Source: Lama guanicoe
Taxonomy: Eukaryota
Length of the DNA: 64,000 nt
Reading direction: 5' to 3'
Assembly: GCA_013239625.1 (NCBI GenBank)
Contig: MU053629.1
Coordinates: forward strand, 1,329,567-1,393,566
Numbering within the stretch: position 1 is the first letter of the stretch; each line of letters begins with the position of its first letter. A model generated the notes under the pieces. The model did no database searches. It saw only the letters and a program-made list of their open reading frames with translations, and had not been told where the DNA came from. The position numbers and the translations under genes are program-made. Shown here one piece after another: positions 62,972 through 64,000 of the stretch.

Positions 62972-64000
62972 CATTTTATTATTGAGTTATGGTCATTTTA
63001 CAATGTTGTGTCAAATTCCAGTGTAGAGCACAATTTTTCAGTTACACATGAACATGCATATATTCATTGTCGCATTTTTTCTCTGTGAGCTACAAGATCT
63101 TGTATATATTTCCCTGTGCTACACAGTACAATCTTGTTTATCTGTTCTACATTTTGAAATCCCAGTCTGTCCCTTCCCACCCCCCACCCCCTTGGCAACC
63201 CACAAGTTTATATTCTATGTCTATGAGTCTGTTTCTGTTTTGTATTTATGTTTGTTTTGTTTTGTTTTGTTTTTAAGATTCCACATATGAGCGATCTCAT
63301 ATGGTATTTTTCTTTCTCTTTCTGGCTTACTTCACTTAGAATGACATTCTCCAGGAGCATCCATGTTGCTGCAAATGGTGTTATATTGTCAGTTTTTATG
63401 GCTGAATAGTATTCCATTGTATAAATATACCACTTCTTCTTTATCCAGTCATCTGTTGATGGACATTTAGGCTGTTTGCATGTCTTGGCTATTGTAAATA
63501 GTGCTGCTATGAACATTGGGGTGCAGGTGCCATTTTGAAGTAGGGTTCCTTCTGGATATATGCCCAGGAGCGGGATTCCTGGGTCATATGGTAAATCTAT
63601 TCCTAGTTTTTTGAGGAATCTCCATACTATTTTCCACAGTGGCTGCACCAAACTGCATTCCCACCAGCAGTGTAGGAGGATTCTCTTTTCTCCACAGCCT
63701 CTCTAGCATTTGTCATTTGTGGACTTTTGAATGATGGCCATTCTAGCTGGTGTGAGGTGATACCTCCTTGTAGTTTTGATTTGCATTTCTCTGATAATGA
63801 GTGGTACTGAGTATTTTTTCATGTGCCTATTGATCATTTGTATTTCTTCCTTGGAGAATTGCTTGTTTAGGCCTTCTGCCCATTTTTGGATTGGGTTGTT
63901 TTTTTCTTATTAAGTCATATGAACTGCTTATATATTCTGGAGGTCGAGCCTTTGTCGGTTTCATTTGCAAAAATTGTCTCCCATTCCTTAGGTTGTCGTT
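62972..64000 (-). mobile_element. Relatively young L1, 3'UTR and ORF2 C-terminus, continues beyond window
   Basis: ORF 63208-63651(-): [73 protein letters not shown], canonical L1 ORF2p C-terminal domain. Confidence 0.97.

Overview
Mammalian genomic DNA, most likely a camelid (inferred from camelid-type tRNA-derived SINEs and a llama-like Ig lambda motif). The window holds about 10.9 kb of upstream sequence, the CpG-island promoter and coding exons 1-8 of USP3 (ubiquitin-specific peptidase 3) on the + strand. These give 761 coding nt covering the ZnF-UBP domain and the catalytic Cys box; the gene runs off the right edge. Introns are full of MIR/L2/L1/MaLR/hAT-Charlie fossils, and there are three assembly gaps. 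The most unusual element is a ~265-bp insertion in intron 1 (33510-33775). It is the 3' end of an UNREARRANGED immunoglobulin lambda V gene (FR3-CDR3), followed by its 23-bp-spacer RSS, 3' flank, AATAAA and A-tail, and bracketed by an 11-bp target-site duplication. It looks like an L1-made retrocopy of a germline-configuration IGLV transcript. Also notable: the exon 2/exon 3 junction regenerates a strong 5' splice site (candidate recursive re-splicing of an in-frame ZnF exon); four diverged local tandem duplications cluster at 28.6-31.9 kb; a near-full-length Charlie1-like transposon sits in intron 3; and an RFX X-box/CpG islet lies about 3.4 kb upstream of USP3. Repeat family names come from recall of consensus sequences, not a search, and their boundaries are approximate.
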